Source: Eledone cirrhosa
Lineage: Eukaryota
Direction: 5' to 3'
DNA length: 64,000 bases
NCBI GenBank assembly: GCA_964016885.1
Contig: OZ024745.1
Coordinates: 114,080,001 to 114,144,000 of the forward strand
This document shows positions 27,516 to 44,391 of the stretch, piece by piece. Under the pieces are notes generated by a model, which worked only from the letters and a program-made list of their open reading frames with translations, searched no databases and was not told where the DNA came from. Numbering within the stretch: the first letter of the stretch is position 1; the number at the start of each line of letters is the position of its first letter. Both the position numbers and the translations under genes were made by a program.

Positions 27516-27686
27516 TTAAGATGGTTGAAGGATATCGGGACTAGAAATAGGTTGTGACATAAACACAACCTATTAGTCAATACATCCTTTTACCATGATC
27601 AATCAACCCTCTGAAGCGATCGTAAAATATTGAACTAATTAAGAACCTATCTTCGACTTTTGTTTTATTTTCATTGTATATATATG

Positions 27687-28066
<380 letters not shown>

Positions 28067-28535
28067 GGAACCAGTAAGACCCCGACGGCTGAGCTCAAGC
28101 CGTGTCGACGGCTAATTCTGTACTGAGTACAGAGTACAGAATTAGCCGTCGAAACGGCTTGAGCTCAGCCGTCGGGGTCTTACTTGTTCCTATTACCCAC
28201 TCTACTACCCTAAGTATTGAGTACTTTGGTGCGTCATGTTGTTGTAATAATATTGCCAAAAATAATAACAGAACACACTCACTGTTTAGTTGGTTGCTTT
28301 TCGCTCCATAGTTAATTCATTTGGTCCTCAATGTTTATCATTGACTGACCAACAGTCAAAAATACAGATATAAACACATATATATAGTCTAACAAAGTTC
28401 TTTCGTTGCACATCTGCAACATCATCAGTGGTATTATTATATTCCTCCTGTCCTGTTGTATTGTATGTCTACGCCATTTTTATTTTAGATAAAATATTTA
28501 TTTCAGATAAAATAAAAATGGCGTACAAAACAAAT

Positions 28536-28654
<119 letters not shown>

Positions 28655-28825
28655 GTGTCTGTGTGTATAAATGATTATGTAGCTCGAGTAGAATCTTCGA
28701 TAGAACATTATGTGATGAGAGTCTACTATAAAAACTATAGCTTTCACCGCCTAATCTTGTTGAAACCATCTCTTCACGAGTTTTAACAAACTTATCATTG
28801 GCCCACCATACATAGGTGGATACCA

Positions 28826-28862
<37 letters not shown>

Positions 28863-29398
28863 AGCAAACTGACAGTCTCTGGGGGTTATATAGAATTCTT
28901 GCATGCCTGTTAGTATAAGTTACATATTTCTGCATTCTGATTTTAAATCCCACGGAGTTTAGCTATGCTTTACATATTTTCGGAATCGATAAATAAAGTT
29001 TGAATCTAGTATCACTAGTTGACTTATCACTTTTTTATTTGTATTTTTCTATCGTCTGAATTTACCACTTTCATTGTGAGATTGTCCACGGGGGAGGGGC
29101 TCTCCTAATGTCCTTTCTATTGCAGTTATTTGATGGCAAATCTTGTGCAACTAATCCCATGATTGTGTCGCACCCCAGTCATGACACTCACTGAAGAATA
29201 CGATATTAGCAACGTATGAAATTCAAACGTTAAAATGATATAGAAAAGAATTTATAGTTACTTTAATATGTGTAGAAGTTTTTATCCACGCTTGTACTCC
29301 ATAAAGCGATTAGCATTTATTGCAATCATGAATTGATATACTGTGATCCTATACCCAGTGAAACACACAGACATACACACATTCACACACGCACACGC

Positions 29399-29429
<31 letters not shown>

Positions 29430-29611
29430 TACATTCTCACACACACACGCACATATATACATATGCATTTGCGTGTACATATGTGTGTAAGCATATACAC
29501 ACACATGTAAATGGCTATACAGCCATATGTGTGTATATGTGTGTATGTATGAGAGAGAAAGAAAGAACGAAAGGATGTGGAAGTGGTGGGAAATGAAATA
29601 ATCGTACAACA

Positions 29612-29646
<35 letters not shown>

Positions 29647-29685
29647 AACAGACAGACAGACAGATAGATAGATAGATAGACAGAC

Positions 29686-29737
<52 letters not shown>

Positions 29738-30487
29738 TAAACAATGCAGAAAAGAAGCTAACAGCACAAATACATTCAATTATAAATGACCATACTGCTT
29801 TCATGTGAAAATACAGGGCTTGCCGCAAGTAAAGAATTATAAATACATTACAGAAACTCCTTTAAAGAAACTGAAAGAAAGAAATAAGAAGTTGATAAAT
29901 GAAACTACTGAATTAAGACAAAAAACAATTAAGGAAATGAAAAATGAAATAAATCCCAAAGAAGTAGAAATAGATATAAGATAGATATGAAAGAAGATAA
30001 AGTAAAAAGCTAACTGACAAAATAAGCGAACTGTGGTTCGAACTACGAAAGAAAGTTAATAAAACAAAAGATTTTAAGTTTCTGAAAGACCATTAAATTA
30101 CGGAAGGTGTTTCTTTGCTTTTTTGTTGTTTGTTGGCAGTTTGTGTTTTCTTCATTGCTTTGTTTCACTTTCTTCGCCTTAAGAAAATCAAACAGAAGCA
30201 AGTGGAATTCGATTTACAAAGGAGAAGGAAAAACGATTTCTGATCGAATTCTATCTACATCATTTTTTTTTATATTATTAGTAAAATTTATTACAATCAT
30301 TTCAATTTATTTCTGAGACTTTTTGATCTTTTTCTAAATATATTCCCTCGATTATCCTCGCGTGTATATATGTATATATAAGTTTGAATGTTTCAAACAC
30401 ATATCTAATATATATATCTCTTTTTCTTTATACTTTCACTCGTGTAGGACACCTCGGTTATTTTTCAATTTGTAAAAAAAACCTCAC

Positions 30488-30557
<70 letters not shown>

Positions 30558-30819
30558 TATATATATATGTGTGTGTTTGTGTAGGTATAATACTTTGTTA
30601 AAGGCACGCTGTCTGTAAAAGCACGCGTAACACCAAGACTCACTTTAGTATTATTTATTGGGCGGTAGGTTAGCAGAATGGTTAATCGTTAGACCGTCGG
30701 ACAAAACTGTTTGCCACATTTCAAATGCTGCCGAGGTTAACTTTTCCTTTTATCATTCGAGAATGAACAAAATAAAAACTGCCAGTCAAATACAGTGATT
30801 GATACAATATTGACTTTGC

Positions 30820-31400
<581 letters not shown>

Positions 31401-32714
31401 TTGATATAGTAGGAAAAGTGTTTTAAAGTTTCAAACGTTACTCCTTCATAGGAAGATGGAATGAGAGAGAGAAGATGAAGCAAAAAGATAGACAACAGTA
31501 AGAAAGTAAAGAAAACGGGGAAAAAAGTTTCTCGGGAGGAAAACACGTCGAAGCAGACAAGTGGTATATATATGTATAAAATAGAAATGTCTGTGATGTG
31601 TAGCAGGATGAATATTTGTATTTGGTTTTTATTCTTAAGGTTTTCTAACACTAAACTAACCTGAATTGCAAAAGAAATGACAAATTCATTACCATGCAAG
31701 ACATTGTAAAATTCTTACTGTGTTTGATTAAGAATGTTGATTGGTTTCCACCATTGTTGATAAAATCCTGTTTGATAAATCACCTGATCGTCTGCTTTTG
31801 TTTTTTGTCTTTTTTTTTTCATTTATATGCTGAATTCTTTCTCTCTTTCACATACTCCCTCTCACTCCCTCTCACTCCCTCTCACTCCTTCTCACTCCTT
31901 CTCTCTCTCGCCCTCTCTATCACTCCCTTTCTCTCCCTCTTCCTCTATCCCCCCCCCTCTCTCTCTCTCAATTTACTGAGAACTCAGTTTAAAGAAATAA
32001 ACCTTGCTCAGGATTTGGATTGACTGGAAAAGAGTCGGAAGCTATTTCAAGACCGGAGACCTGGCTTCGACTCATGCAATAGTCATCCTCTAATCACTGA
32101 CCCTATAGCACATGATGAAGTCGGCGGAACGTTGTGGTGACTGATGAGGTTTCATAAGCCTTTAAAAAACAAAAGAGAAAACTAGTGGAATCCATCTCTC
32201 TTATCGTATTTCGTCTAGATCGATATATTGATAGATAGAGAGAGAGATAGAGAGATGGAGAGAGAGTGAGAGAGAGAGCGAGAGAGAGAGAGAGAGAGAT
32301 TTACAGAGAAAGCGGGAGTGAAGCTTCGGATTAAAATGACCACCAAAAAACAAAAGCGGCCCTTCCAACCATCTTCCACATAATTTCCATTTCCCTTTTC
32401 ATTAATAAGGATTTGGTCAAACTGTGGCTACTGTAGAAGGTATTTGCTTAAAGTGCCGCACATTGTGACTGAACTAAAAGTCACATAGTTAGGAAGCGAT
32501 CTTCTTAACCAAAAAGCCAAGCTTGATATGGACATAGTGAATTATTGATGGGAAGATAACAACTGTCACTTCTTCATTTACTCATCTAGCAACCCGAATA
32601 TAAAATTTAATAATTCTTTTGTAAGTAGTGCTTTCGTTAAATATCGTCTAATTCGTAATAATATGTCTATTCTCCACCAGCAAATTGATGTGGTTTATAC
32701 ATTTTCCTATCGCA

Positions 32715-32870
32715 GGAATGATAAGTGGTTAATAAACCTACTTCGCAATCATATGCTCATGGGTTCAGTCCCACAGATAGCTTTTTGGAAAAGTGTCTTC
32801 ATCATAGCCTCTGGTCGACCCAAGACTTCTGAGCAAAATTAGCATGATGGAAACTGTGCAGAGGCCGACA
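32715..32870 (+). mobile_element. Old tRNA-derived SINE, third family
   Basis: gggttcagtccca..aagtgtcttc..atagcctc..gacc.aag..ggaaactg; inverted relics at ~32400-32520 and ~38690-38750. Confidence 0.5.
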
Positions 32871-33461
32871 GTTTCAGAGGTCCAACCATGTCACATACTG
32901 TTTCTGTTCGAGAATTATGTTAATGGTGTATGTGTCTGTGGAATATTCGGCTGATCATTTGTTTAATTTAATGAGTCCAGCAACTGAATACTCTAAACCG
33001 AAATTGATGAGCCAGAAGCAGATTTTCTTCGGATATGTCAGGATGCTGAGCTACAATTTAAGGCAGATTTGTCATTGCTGTAGATCATGAAAATAGAAAC
33101 TATATAGCTAATCAAAGTAAAATAAATATTGTAATCATTTCTGTAAATAATAATTTTTGTCCATAAATAATATATTTGAGAAAGATAAAAATAACCGATG
33201 TTAAAATTGTTAGACCACCAAATAGAAGGCCTAGTGGCATTCATTCTGGTTCACTGCACTCTAAGTACAAATAAAATCTAGCTCAGCCTAGACATTCATC
33301 TTGCCGGAACAACAAAATAAATACATATCTAATATTGGGGCCGACGAAATACACACTCTTCTACCCAAAATGTGTGGTTTTGTGCGAAAGTTGTAAATCA
33401 TTCCTTTATATTGAATTATAATTAAATTTTCTCATTTTGCCTTTCACTTCTGTTTTCAAAG

Positions 33462-33567
33462 ATACCCGAGGTTTGAAGGATCCTCATCAAGTCGAAAATC
33501 TGCAGGATCAGGCACAGGTGATGCTTGGTCAACATATTCACACTCAGCATCCAACACAGCCAATCAG
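33462..33567 (+). CDS. NR2E3: Penultimate coding exon of a photoreceptor-specific nuclear receptor (NR2E3/PNR-like), ligand-binding domain
   Basis: Polypyrimidine tract and AG at 33460-33461, donor GTAAGT at 33568; (D)[34 protein letters not shown](R) matches PNR [22 protein letters not shown]; 106 nt; missed by the ORF track. Confidence 0.93.
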
Positions 33568-34154
33568 GTAAGTTACAAAAAGACAACGAAAAATGAAAAT
33601 AAAATAGAAATTGTTTTTTTGTGGGTGGGTGTGGGGGCGTTCATGCATATCAATGGCAGAAATATTAAAGACACTAGATTAAATACTTCATAGTATTTAA
33701 TAAAATCCTGTTGTTGTGGCTTTTCTGGAGTTAGTATTGTTGTTAGAAATATTTGAGTAAGTAAATCTAAGTAGTTGCACATATACTACTGTCTGCAAGA
33801 TGACCACCACAAGAGATGGATTGATGGCTGGGTGGATGGGCGGAGAGATAGATGGATGGGTGGATAGAAGAATAGATGTATGGATGGATGATTTGATGGA
33901 TGGATGGATGAGTGGATGGAGGTTTCAGAGATAGACAGATGTATGCAAAATATATAGGTGAACTGATGAATAGATGTATGAATTTGATGGATAGCTGGAT
34001 GGCTGTGCTCATCAATGTACAAAACATTTCGGATAATTGTTCATTAAAGTGCATTTTGAGGAAACGGGTTGATGGAATAATTACTTAAAGCATAACAGTG
34101 GAGTGGATATTCCAAAGCGTAATGTCAGCCCATGCAGGAACTTCAATGTCAAAT

Positions 34155-34341
34155 AATTGTTTCTACTTTTGGCACAAGGCCAGCAATTATCCCAGTGTAT
34201 TATTGGTACTTTATTTTATCGACCCCGTAAGGATGAAAGGAAAAGTTAACCTCGGCGGGATTTGAACTCACACCATAAAGGGCCGTAACTCTTTGCTGCA
34301 AATCATGGCGTCCGACCCTCTACCGATACTGCTAATCCACC
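34155..34341 (-). mobile_element. Deu/Nin-like SINE with 10-bp target-site duplication
   Basis: Full reverse-complement copy; gtcaaataat at 34148-34157 and 34342-34351. Confidence 0.85.
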
Positions 34342-34466
34342 GTCAAATAATGAACGTTTTCGCCTTCCTAAACAAGAAGTATCTACGTATTGGTTCAACA
34401 AAGTAGAAAAAGATAAAGAGAGAAGTCACTCTCTAATCGTACCATACACCCTTTTACACACACAGA

Positions 34467-34526
<60 letters not shown>

Positions 34527-34687
34527 CACACACACACATATACACCCACACCCAAACACATACACATACACACACACACAAATAAAATGAGGTGGTCATG
34601 GCTGGAACACTTTGACGAGAGGACTGTCAGCGCGGACAAGAACTAAACAACAAAAATGCCATTTTACTTTTGGTTTTATTTTCAATC

Positions 34688-34775
<88 letters not shown>

Positions 34776-34780
34776 TATAA

Positions 34781-34873
<93 letters not shown>

Positions 34874-35370
34874 CACATATATATATGCATATGTGTGTGT
34901 ATGAGTGCTTAAGTGTAAGCGTGATTCATTTTTTTGTTTTTTGTTTTTGTGTTCTTTTTATAATATATATACCCACATTGCTAATGCTTATACAATGCCC
35001 AATGCAGGACATGCGCCTTAAGCTTATTATCACTGATTGTGTTATAACAGTTTGGTGATAAGCAGTCAAGAAAATGATAACCTCTTCTCACAACATCATC
35101 CAGCTTCATCCTTCCCTTCTCTCACTTTCTATTTCTCCCCACCCCCACCCCCACCAATTTAATCTATGCTTTAGTTATCATTCTGTTTTGTTTTCGTTGT
35201 TGTACTAGTTGTTTTATTTAATTATATATATTTAATTATATTGGTTTTGTTGATTTGTTTGTTTGTCAACAGTAATGACATTTTTATGTCTCTCTTGACA
35301 AACAACTGTGTCCTAGAATGAAATACACGTGGACGATAAAACTAACCCGTAGATATAAATTATATATATA

Positions 35371-35448
35371 CAGTGTCGCCCCAAAAATGTATACACACTT
35401 TTATTAGAATGCTGTTGAAGTGTGTATATATTTTTGGGGCACATCCTG
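35371..35448. mobile_element. Tc1/mariner-type mini-MITE
   Basis: TA|CAGTGT.GCCCCAAAAATGTATACACACTT...AAGTGTGTATATATTTTTGGGGC.CATCCTG|TA. Confidence 0.65.
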
Positions 35449-35453
35449 TATGC

Positions 35454-35540
<87 letters not shown>

Positions 35541-35549
35541 GTGCCCATG

Positions 35550-35583
<34 letters not shown>

Positions 35584-35686
35584 CGTGTGTGTACATTTAT
35601 ACACGCAAACACACACTCATAAGAGTGAGTGTATAATAAGAGAGATATCAATATATATATGTGTATGTGTGTGCCTGTGTGTGTAC

Positions 35687-35775
<89 letters not shown>

Positions 35776-37751
35776 TAGCAAAGTTAAACATAAGGTGATA
35801 CACGTGTTTGCACATATATATACGTATACTCATATACATGCACATACGCATATACACGCATATATACATGGGCATACCCACACACGGAGAACAGACTGGA
35901 TTCAGAGGTTAAATAAAAGAGAACAGAAAAGACAGCGGAAGAGATTTTTGTTTATTTGTTTGTTTGTGTCCGTGCACTAAAACGTCCATTAGTATTGAAA
36001 TGTATGCAATATGCACGTGTCTTCCATACTTGGATATTTGAAGTGGTTGGAGTAAGGCAGATATATAAGGGCAAGCTGAGAAAGGGCGAGGAAAACTAAG
36101 TAAGACCAAGAGAGAACAAGGCAGAGAGAGATAAAGAAGATGTGTAGGGGAACTGTTTAAGGCCACGTTTAGGTCGCCATAACTTTCGAAAAGTGCAAAC
36201 AGCCGATGAAAAGAAAACTATGTGGAAGATATGTGAGGAGGTGTGAGGAGATAAGTGTTGTCTTGTAACCATTAAACCATCAGCGAGAAAAGGCTAACTT
36301 AATCAAAACCTTGGCGAAATTCTGCTTGATTCCCGACTTGTTCACCGCTATCGTTTCGCTATGACAAGCCACGTGCTTTGCATTCAAACCACGTGCCAAA
36401 ATGGTAAAGGCAGAGAAGAGGAAAGCTGAACTTGGGTTCCTGGGTGTTTGGTGGGAAGGAGTTTTGCTTACAACTACTTTTTCACATTCTAACAGTGAAG
36501 CTGTCTATTGTCTTCATTACACCTCAGCCGTCGGCCAATCTGTAGGGGGGCGCGAGTTATGTTTGACAGGCCAATCCACTAACCGAAAGTAAAGACAAGA
36601 ACAAGAATAGATTTCGCAGTGGCAATAATAATAGCAATGATAATAATGATGGTAATGATGATGATGATGATGATGATAACAACTATGGTGACATTGAGTC
36701 AATTCTGTAAGTCTTATCGTTTAATTTCACTACTTAGAAATTTCCCAAGGGAGAGTGTTGAGGGTCGGCTTTGTAATTGAATTTGTGTCAATATATCTTA
36801 AATTTATTGAGTCAAGGGATGTGAAACCGTCAGCTTTGTACACTGCCTCCATCGATCACCAGCTGATTAGCTAAGATGTCACCGTATTGCTAGAAACGCT
36901 TGTGAACCGAGTTGGATCTATCATTTTTAACACGGATGCCACATTAATGAAAGTAGTATTAAAACTCACACTTTTCAAAACGGTTTTGTTGTTGAGGTTT
37001 GTTTTTATTTATATGTTGTTGTTGTTGTATATTTTGTTTATTTCATTTTTTTTTTTTTTTTTTTTCAAAATTTGCCTAAAATAATTCTTTGATTAAAGTT
37101 GGTAAATGAAAAATAAAGAAGAAAAGTAATGCAATTATAAATTGCAGAATAATAGCTAATTTTATGTGTGAAGGGGGGAAAAAAGCATTTGCAGATTTGC
37201 TATTAACTACAATACCGTACGATAGTGTGTTATACTGTATTGGATTTGTTAGCTTAAGAAATTAAATAAATGTGATGTAAACCTTAATTACGAATAAACC
37301 CAATACATTAGTTGCTATAAATAGAAAGCGAACATTTAACAACCGGGTAGGAAAGTACTGTACTTACCTAATTACTTGTAGCGAACTACTTCAGTATAAT
37401 TCTAAATTTCTGTTTTGATCGAGAAAAAAGTCCGACAATAAAATAGTTGTAACTAGATTATCAAGGAAGGGATGCGGTTAACGCTTGATAAATATAATTT
37501 TATATTTAACATACTTTCAACTCTGGGAAAGGATTAAGGATCACACAATATCACTTGTCTTTATTTTGTAGAATAAAAAAGAGGTTTTATCGTTCAGTCA
37601 CGGATCAGATCGGATGATTCACAAATAATACCCAGCGCATTTTAACCAGGGTCAGTCCATCTTTAGACATTGTGCATCTAAGGGTACATTTCCTATAATA
37701 TCCATTTTATAAAAGAAAAAGACAACAGGGAGTGAATTGAAAGAGATTTGA

Positions 37752-37816
<65 letters not shown>

Positions 37817-37983
37817 TTGAAATATTAATTCCATCCCTTGGAGTAATTTTAGATTTAGGGGGATGCAGAAAATTTTGCAACATATTTTTCACTAAAAATA
37901 TCTCTTCAACATTTTCTACAGAAAAAATCTTTTTCCTTTCTACTATTTGTTTTTATATATATCAACTCGTGTGTTACCTTTCT

Positions 37984-38048
<65 letters not shown>

Positions 38049-38139
38049 AGTAGTAGTAGTAGTAGTAGCTAAAAATATCCAAAGTGTAATGTAACTCAAG
38101 CCCGTAGGGCGAGTTTGAGTATCATTATTAAGGCCAGTT

Positions 38140-38260
38140 CAAATCTGAGTTCAAATCCCGCCGAGGTTAACTTTGCCTTTCATCCTTACGGGGTCGATAA
38201 AATAAAGTACCAGTAATGTACTGGGTAATTGCTGGCCTTGTGCCAAAAGTAGAAACAATT
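38140..38260 (+). mobile_element. 5'-truncated Deu/Nin-like SINE with 16-bp target-site duplication
   Basis: attattaaggccagtt at 38124-38139 and 38258-38273. Confidence 0.85.
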
Positions 38261-38371
38261 ATTAAGGCCAGTTACTACAACGGCGCCATGCCAGGTACGT
38301 TTGGCACTGTTGTAGTAACTGGCCTAAATAATCATATATACTGTATATAGAGAGAGAGGGAGATAGTTAGT

Positions 38372-38446
<75 letters not shown>

Positions 38447-39602
38447 GTACATAGATAGATAGATGCGTGTGTGTAAAATATACACATAAGGATGATTTAT
38501 CTCGTCGAGGACGACGTGTGACCATTCACTGGTTCGAGCAACTGAACAAAAATAATATAGGATGTAAGGCGGCTGAGACTTTCATAAACACTTGAACACT
38601 GAACGTAATTCTCACGTGAAGTCATTGTGTCAAGGCTACACCGTTGAATTACAAGTACTGTCTATGCGATGGGTTTTCGACCGTTTATTCACAAGGCTTG
38701 GATTGATCCGATGCTATAGTAAAAACAACTGCCCAAGATGCGATGCGGTAAGAACTTCAAGATGTTGATTATATATATACATAAAAGAGGGAACTTTATA
38801 ACATGTACAAAAAATTGTACAAAAAATTGTTTTTATCTTTTTCCTTATATAACGTGATCTGTATAGAATATTTTCTAACGTCCACACCTTTTTTTCACTA
38901 TATATATATATATATAGTCATATATAGTCGATTAAATAGTATTTAACTGACACGTAATTTATCGACATTAAATAAATATATGAAAGCAAATTTATCTCCT
39001 ATTGAAGAAATTAGAATCATAAAACAAGTATATGGAAACTGAGCCTCTGTCTCTTGATGTCTGAAACTGAGTCGATGTCTCATAATGTCTCAAACTTAAC
39101 ACTTCTATGGTCTTCAACAATGTATTTGTTAACAGATTTTCTAATATTAGAGACGGGAGAAGAGTACATTAATTGTATAGCACCAGGTTAAATCCATTAA
39201 GTATTTTGGTTTAGCTTCTTTAAATTCCAATCTCATAATTGTCAAGCATTTACGATGAAAATTTGAAGACTTGTTACTACATTTATACTAGCCACTCCGC
39301 AATCTCTCTAATTTGTGTTTTCAATAATTGATTATTATTTTTTAAATACATATTCGTGTGTAATGTGGTATATATTAGGAAATCAATAAAAATTCCATTT
39401 ATGTATAACTACATGCTGTGAAAAAGTCACAAATGTAAACATATTTTGCTATTCTCTTCGTACATATGTTTTGTGTCTGAAGAGAATAAGAGAATGTTTT
39501 TACATTTGTATATTGTTTGCAGCTTCTAGATTTACAAACATTAAATGTATGATTGATTATTATGGTGGTGACTAATATCTGTTTCTTATCTATATTCTTC
39601 AG

Positions 39603-39735
39603 GTTTGGTCGTCTATTACTGATGCTTCCCGCACTTCGCTATGTCTCACCAGATCGGATCGAGAAAGTATTCTTCCGACGGACAATCGGTAATACTCCAA
39701 TGAACCGATTACTCTGCGATATGTTTAAAAGCTAA
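39603..39735 (+). CDS. NR2E3: Terminal coding exon of the NR2E3/PNR-like receptor (helices 10-12, AF-2)
   Basis: ttcttcAG acceptor at 39601-39602; phase joins AG|G = Arg; [43 protein letters not shown]. Confidence 0.95.
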
Positions 39736-39784
39736 ACACTTCCACTTCATATTTTGACGATTGTAGTTCTAAACCCGATCTAAT

Positions 39785-39848
<64 letters not shown>

Positions 39849-40355
39849 GCACCCACTCTCACTGTTTCTCGTTTTCTCACCTAGCCCCCTGACTCTCTCA
39901 TGACTTACAGTATTAGTGACCTTTAAACGTTGTCTTTTTTTCATACGATGTATCATACACCTTATAAAATAATATACATACTTTACCCCCACTTCACATG
40001 TAACTTGTGAATTGATTTAACATTATCATTAATATTATTATCGCCAGCCCCGTCCCTTATACACACACACACACACACACATACATATTATATATACATA
40101 TACACATATATATATATATATTCACAGTCAAAACATTTTCCTTTGTTTTTCCCATTGGCTTATGAATAGTTATTGAAAGTAAACAAAAAACTCTACATTC
40201 AGGAACATGTACATGGATGGTGTTGGCTTAATCAAAAAATTTGTCTCCAACATTTGCTTCCATTAATAACTCTTATTAACTCTTCCCGGGATTTATTTAT
40301 AACGGTGGTATAAAACGTCGTTGTTGGTACAGTACGTGGTGGCACCTGGTGGTTA

Positions 40356-40390
40356 AATAAAGTAAAAAATTCAATATTTTAGAGAATAAA
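40356..40390 (+). promoter_or_regulatory. Candidate polyadenylation signals of the NR2E3-like gene
   Basis: AATAAA at 40356-40361 and 40385-40390, ~0.6 kb after the stop; weak evidence in AT-rich DNA. Confidence 0.3.
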
Positions 40391-40587
40391 TTATTCAGTA
40401 AAATTACTTGAAAAACAGGTCATAACCTCTATGACTCGATTGAGATTGATTAATTTACAGAAAATGTTATATAGAATGACATATTCAAACGAATATGACA
40501 AAAGACAATGAAATGAAAACTTTCTTTACAGTGTTATTTTGAAAGCTTATATACATACATATATATATATATGCATATATATATAAA

Positions 40588-40625
<38 letters not shown>

Positions 40626-40637
40626 TATATATATAAA

Positions 40638-40723
<86 letters not shown>

Positions 40724-40744
40724 TATACATATATATATATATAC

Positions 40745-40789
<45 letters not shown>

Positions 40790-40802
40790 CATTAATATAT
40801 AG

Positions 40803-40847
<45 letters not shown>

Positions 40848-40912
40848 CATATATATACATATATACATACACATATATATATATATATATACATACATAC
40901 ATATATATATAT

Positions 40913-40997
<85 letters not shown>

Positions 40998-41012
40998 TAC
41001 ATACATATATAT

Positions 41013-41111
<99 letters not shown>

Positions 41112-41479
41112 GAGTACATGCTCACACATCTATTTAAAGACTCGTTGAATCAACATTTCTAAGTGAATGCAAACTGCATTGGCTTTTTTACAGCACAGGA
41201 CAATCAAAATTTGAATCAGTAAATGTTTTGTTGTTTTTGTTGATTAATTTTTATTTATTTATTGCCATTTCATATAGAAAAGAAGCATGGCAGAACGGAT
41301 ACATTATTTGCTAACATTCATCTGAAATATTGCTACTTGTATCTCAATCATTGTATATTTATATATGTATATACACACCTTAAATACACAATATATATAT
41401 ATATATATTGCTACTTGTATCTCAATCATTGTATATTTATATATGTATATACACACCTTAAATACACAATATATATATC

Positions 41480-41692
<213 letters not shown>

Positions 41693-42763
41693 AATACTGT
41701 TGCCTTCTTGCTACAATACTTTCTATACCTTTCATTTATATATATATATATGCATGTATATATATATATATGTATATATAATGTACAGGTGTATTAGTAT
41801 GTATGTGTGTGCATACAATTCTGTATAATGTGAATATTTGTAAATCCATGTTTACACATTAATCACGTTAAAATGTCTTCTTTTTTTCATAATCTGAATA
41901 ATAGCAATATAGAGATTAAATATTAAAATGTATTTATTAAACAGTGTGTATTTGATATCAAATATGATCAACCATATAATTGGAGGTTGTATCGATATTG
42001 GAAAGATATCGATTTCCTATCAATCAATCATGTATAACTGATAACGGTATAAGTTGTGGCCAGTCATTGAAATCATGCTCTTAATCATGTAGGAGTAAAA
42101 TTGACCGTATGTGATTAACCTATGTCAACTCTCTGTTCATTAATTTTCTTCACTCTAAATGAAATCTGAACACACGTTTCCACAAATTCCACAAAATCGT
42201 AAGACAATTCCTATGTAATTTTTCTTTTTAAAATATATTAATCAGTGAAGAATGGTTGGTGCCTATGGTCTTTCAATATCCTCCCATATTGATGAAATTG
42301 ATACGGTCTGAACACCTGGATGTTAATGGATGTATGTTAATGACGCCGGTAAGGGAACGGGCGTGAAGTTGCAATAGGTGGAATGCTAAAGGTACCCAGA
42401 GACAAGGTAATGGTGTTAAAGAGAGCAGCATGGTAGGTCTACCTCCAAATAAATTCTTACCACATAATGGTAAGTTTAATTAAAGTGATGGGCTATTAAC
42501 AACAACAACAAATCTCAATATAACGGTCAAGCAGCACCATGGATTTACTCGTTGTTGCAAATGTCGGGACAAATTTAAATTTTAGATATTTAATCAAAAG
42601 ATGTCCGTTGGAAAAATACTGACGTACTTTTATTTTTTATTTCTATTTTCAGTATATTTAATTATTTATTTATTTTTTAAATTCCGCCCTAGGAGCATTT
42701 GACTCAAGGTAATATAGCAAAGTATTGATCAAATAAAATTTTAAACAACTAAAAGAAAGTAAG

Positions 42764-42842
<79 letters not shown>

Positions 42843-42854
42843 AATATATAATAT

Positions 42855-42887
<33 letters not shown>

Positions 42888-43506
42888 CAAATATATATAA
42901 ACACACACACGCATATATATATATATATATATATATACAAATATATATACACACACACATATATATATATATATATAGTATATATATATATATATAAATA
43001 CATATTTGTGTGTCTCTGTGAATGTTAGTATGTGTTATATAAACAAGAAACATAGCATTTGAAAAAAATATATCATGCAAATAAGATGCCATTATTATTA
43101 TACAAAAACTAAAAACCTTCTTATGCAACGGAAAACATATAATTAACATTTAGAAAGGAATAAACGACGCTCGTAAATAAATAGTTTCTGCATGAATTCG
43201 ACATGTTGTCCGTAAAGTTACTGTTGTTTAACCAATCTACATTACCACAGCAAGCAATCTTATTCCTATCGATAAATCATAAATTTGTGAATCTATGATG
43301 ATGAAAAAAAAAAAACACTCCCTGCTAACTTTACATTATGTAAGTTTACTTTTCGAAATATATTAGTAAAAATTATTTTGTGATTTCCCTTTTTTTTTTG
43401 TTTCATTTATTAAATGTCTATGTTATGGTTTATATATATATATATATATATACAGAGATATATTGGCATACATATGTATGTATACATACATATATATATA
43501 ATTATA

Positions 43507-43606
<100 letters not shown>

Positions 43607-43621
43607 CACATATATATATAC

Positions 43622-43652
<31 letters not shown>

Positions 43653-43690
43653 CATATATATACATATATATATGTACATATATATGTATA

Positions 43691-43770
<80 letters not shown>

Positions 43771-43803
43771 AATATATATATGTATTGGAATTAATATATG
43801 TAT

Positions 43804-43851
<48 letters not shown>

Positions 43852-43963
43852 AGAGAGAAAGGGAGTGTATGTGCATGAGAGAGAGAGAGAGAGAGGTGCA
43901 GATGGACTTGACAATGATAAGTAAAGAAGTAAATAACACCACCACCCCCACATATATATATGT

Positions 43964-44005
<42 letters not shown>

Positions 44006-44346
44006 ATGTAGATAGATATAAAGATAAAAATATATGTATTTTATACGTCATAGTGCTTTTATTAGTATATTTATATAATAGAATGTAATACTATTTAAAT
44101 TATTTATTTAATGCAATATGATAGAAATATTCTTCTACTTATATGACAGGGCATCTATCAAAGTACCCACCTATCTTAATATATCTATGTGTTAATACGT
44201 GTGTGCACACAAACTGTTTTTATGCGTTGTTATACTTTATATACATATGTACATACACATGTGTCCGTATTTGTGACGTGTATTGTATATGAATATTAAA
44301 TACATATTCATCTATATTCACATAACAATTTTATGTGTGTATCTAG

Positions 44347-44391
<45 letters not shown>

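Noticed and set aside
39553-39602. N-terminal part of ORF 39553-39735
   Set aside because: Intronic read-through upstream of the AG acceptor
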